Source: a virus. From it: a stretch of DNA of 10,175 nucleotides. Every line of letters begins with the position of its first letter. Position 1 is the first letter of the stretch. The DNA lies in UHGV virus genome UHGV-0126067, one strand, 5' to 3'. Position numbers and translations under genes: made by a program. This document shows, piece by piece, positions 8,275 to 10,175 of this stretch. Under the pieces are notes generated by a model. It saw nothing but the letters and a program-made list of their open reading frames with translations. It was not told the origin of the DNA and made no database searches.

Positions 8275-8711
8275 GACAGGAACAGAGCGCGCTCCGCCTC
8301 ACGCCGACGGGTCAGCCCATTCAGGACCTTGCCACCTGCTTTATTCCAGCGCAGGAACTCATCGGCTGCGCCAGCGTAATCACCGGCGTTGAGTTTTCGC
8401 AGGAGAGTCGATGTCGATAAAGATCGGGCTCCGAGGTTATAGGTGAACGACACCAGGGCGTCGAATTGCCCCTGAGTCAGACCAACTTTAACCAGGCGAG
8501 ACACGTCGCTTTCGTAGCTGACAAGTCCGGTCTTCAACAGGCGCTCTGCCGTTTCCTGATTAATTGTCATACCGGCACGGATCGGTTTACCGTCGACAGG
8601 CTGAGTCCAGCCATAGCCAATCGTCCACACTCCGACGCTGTCCTGGTACGCGGTAAGCTTGCAGCCTTCGAACTCTTTGATCAGGGCAATGCCTTTATCA
8701 CTGGTTTGCAT
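8271..8711 (-). CDS. Endolysin, T4-lysozyme-type muramidase (P22 gp19-like)
   Basis: 146 aa. Catalytic E/D/T spacing of T4-type lysozymes (EFEGCKLTAYQDSVGVWTIGYG). C-terminus RRREAERALFLS resembles the P22 gp19 C-terminus as I recall it. Follows the holin with a 14-nt overlap. Confidence 0.9.
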   Translation of the reverse strand: MQTSDKGIALIKEFEGCKLTAYQDSVGVWTIGYGWTQPVDGKPIRAGMTINQETAERLLKTGLVSYESDVSRLVKVGLTQGQFDALVSFTYNLGARSLSTSTLLRKLNAGDYAGAADEFLRWNKAGGKVLNGLTRRREAERALFLS

Positions 8712-9015
8712 TCTTCATCCCCGTCAGACGTTCCCAGAAATAGGTCAGAGCCACGGAGCCCATCGCCCCGCTAATGCCTGACGTAACCAGAATCATGTAA
8801 AGGCTCAGCCCACTTTCAACGCTGATCAGTCCACCAATGAGACCGGTAAAGCCGGACACTGCAATTTGTGCCAGCGCATTAATCCAGCTCCAGGTGGCTT
8901 TGTTCTGCTTAACGTCAATAAGGTATCGGACCAGGCCGCCCCAGCATGACAGAGCAAGGACAATCAGCCATGACACTCCGGCAATGCTTTCTTTATCTTG
9001 CATACGTTTAGCCAT
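8698..9015 (-). CDS. Holin, class I (three predicted TMDs), possible dual-start holin/antiholin
   Basis: 105 aa with three hydrophobic segments (SIAGVSWLIVLALSCWGGLV; WSWINALAQIAVSGFTGLIGGLI; LSLYMILVTSGISGAMGSVALTYF) and a charged C-terminal tail. N-terminus is M-A-K-R-M. Strong SD GGAGGTGA sits immediately upstream of ATG 9015. First gene of the lysis cassette. Confidence 0.8.
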   Translation of the reverse strand: MAKRMQDKESIAGVSWLIVLALSCWGGLVRYLIDVKQNKATWSWINALAQIAVSGFTGLIGGLISVESGLSLYMILVTSGISGAMGSVALTYFWERLTGMKNANQ

Positions 9016-9137
9016 ATCACCTCCGAAAGAACGGGGTGCTGTTTGTAGTAAGGGATCAGGCCCTCGGGACGATTTAACAAGAAGGCATGTCGATGATGGT
9101 TCCCGGGACCTTAATATTTACCTCAAAGAGGCATATT

Positions 9138-9734
9138 TTAATTTTGGCAGCGTGGTTGGCTCACTTTGAGAGACTCGATCTTCTTGATAAGCCCTCTGTG
9201 GAGCTGTGGATGCAACTGATCGCAGAGACTCTTATAGCCATGCGCAAGACTCATTTTTTCATTGAACCAAGCGAGATGGGCAAGGTATGGGTCTTCGAAC
9301 ATACCTAAATGCTTGTTCTTACCATTAACCTTTATATCGGCCTGAAATTTTGTTGAGCCTTTTTTTAGGCAAACGCCAATGGGATAATCACCCCTCCGAG
9401 CACCCCTTGAGGTAACAAAGCTATTGAGCGCCTGCGGGATAAAGATGCATGTTTTACTGGAATAAACTTTGTTACCGGGGAAAAGGAGATCCTTATCAAG
9501 CTCACACCCAGGAATGTATTTCGCGTCGTAAAACTTTTTAAATTCGCTAAAAAGATGCCACTCTTCATCAACAACACATCCTTCATAGCTAGGCCTGTAA
9601 CAGACCCCCTCCCCATAACATCTCTTAAGCATCCCATGCCAAACTCTATATGCTCTTATTTTCTTCCCATCCACAAAAACAGGATGCACATCTAACTTTC
9701 CAACTCCGAAAATAAGACTTTCATTTGATTTCAT
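9138..9734 (-). CDS. Accessory (moron-type) protein, 198 aa, with AP2-like C-terminal signature; function unknown
   Basis: ATG at 9734 (MKSNESLIFGVGKLDVHPVF...) with AAAGG upstream; the ORF-track start at 9821 is a TTG inside an inverted repeat. GC is visibly lower than in flanking genes. C-terminal segment GVCLKKGSTKFQADIKVNGKNKHLGMFEDPYLAHLAWF fits an AP2-type pattern. N-terminal domain is Cys/Trp-rich (WHGMLKRCY...CVVDEEWHLFSEF) and unassigned. Confidence 0.65.
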   Translation of the reverse strand: MKSNESLIFGVGKLDVHPVFVDGKKIRAYRVWHGMLKRCYGEGVCYRPSYEGCVVDEEWHLFSEFKKFYDAKYIPGCELDKDLLFPGNKVYSSKTCIFIPQALNSFVTSRGARRGDYPIGVCLKKGSTKFQADIKVNGKNKHLGMFEDPYLAHLAWFNEKMSLAHGYKSLCDQLHPQLHRGLIKKIESLKVSQPRCQN

Positions 9735-9750
9735 GGTTGCGTTTACCTTT

Positions 9751-9837
9751 CTTTGAAATGAACCTTTGCCGCAATGGAAATCAGCCCGTCGAGGCTCGCC
9801 AGCACTAACTGACTTCCTCAAAGGCTCATTTCAAAGG
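9751..9837. repeat. 18-19 bp inverted repeat (arms 9751-9768 and 9819-9837) in the leader of the accessory ORF
   Basis: Plus-strand arm ctttgaaatgaacctttg against the reverse complement of caaaggctcatttcaaagg: one DNA mismatch, which is a G.U pair in the minus-strand RNA. A 50-nt spacer holds a small inner hairpin (AGCC-TCGACG-GGCT). Confidence 0.75.
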
Positions 9838-9877
9838 GTGTGGTTCGACGTGGTTAGAGGCGCATTGCGGTGCGCTG

Positions 9878-9904
9878 AAATAAAAAAGCCAGCGACAGGC
9901 TGGC
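9878..9904 (-). terminator. Rho-independent terminator
   Basis: Minus strand reads GCCAGC-CTGTC-GCTGGC (perfect 6-bp stem, 5-nt loop) followed by TTTTTTATTT. Confidence 0.7.
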
Positions 9905-10120
9905 AATGTGAGGGTAAGGCAATGTCGGCTCTCTGGCCGAAGGGTCCCAGGTAGTGGGTTTAGTTTGTGGTGGCCGGCGCTGCTATCCGGCATTCACGGC
10001 TATCGCTTTACGACGCCATCAGGACATTCACCACAACGAGGATCGCTTTGCCGTGCCAGGGAAATGTACCTGGTCTCACCGGGATGCCGTCACATACTCA
10101 AAGCGATTTCCGTTATGCAG

Positions 10121-10153
10121 AAATGAAAAAGCCACCGGCGTTAACCAGTGGCT
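10121..10153 (-). terminator. Rho-independent terminator, candidate late-operon tR'-like terminator
   Basis: Minus strand reads AGCCACTGG-TTAACG-CCGGTGGCT (9-bp stem with one G.U) followed by TTTTTCATTT. Confidence 0.65.
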
Positions 10154-10175
10154 CTAAATTATTGGTGATGGCTCA

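Noticed and set aside
9016-9137. Sigma-70 promoter for the holin in the 122-nt gap upstream of it
   Set aside because: Contains a TCCCGGGA palindrome and small hairpins, but I could not find a convincing -35/-10 pair with 16-18 bp spacing; expression is more likely by read-through from the upstream late promoter. Left unannotated.
9087-9308. 73-aa plus-strand ORF
   Set aside because: Antisense to the 3' end of the accessory ORF and spans the intergenic gap; no RBS or motif. Retained only as a remote possibility of an antisense small protein.
9766-10157. Plus-strand ORFs of 62-72 aa (9766-9954, 9908-10126, 9954-10157)
   Set aside because: They sit in the GC-rich leader region between the terminators, overlap each other in different frames, have no RBS and give Arg/Gly/Cys-rich translations; treated as non-coding.
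1-10175. CRISPR array, insertion sequence/transposase, integrase or attachment site
   Set aside because: No spaced direct-repeat array, no transposase- or integrase-like ORF and no tRNA-derived att core; the only notable repeat is the inverted repeat at 9751-9837.

Overview
This window is the late (lysis plus head-morphogenesis) region of a P22-like lambdoid phage or prophage, with every credible gene on the minus strand. Reading in the direction of transcription (high to low coordinates): two rho-independent terminators (10121-10153, 9878-9904); a low-GC accessory ORF (9138-9734); the lysis cassette of holin, T4-type lysozyme and an overlapped Rz/Rz1 spanin pair (7734-9015); three small accessory ORFs (a KilA-N domain protein, an 85-aa ORF and an 80-aa ORF, 6475-7572); then small terminase, large terminase, portal, scaffold and a coat gene that runs off the contig. 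Positions 1-27 are an Illumina adapter remnant, so the contig end is artificial. No rRNA, tRNA, CRISPR array or transposase was found. The most interesting candidate is the low-GC insert at 9138-9734, which sits in the cargo slot between the late terminator and the holin, carries an AP2-like C-terminal signature, and is preceded by an 18-19 bp inverted repeat. All homology statements rest on reading the translations against remembered P22/lambda proteins and gene order; no database search was run.
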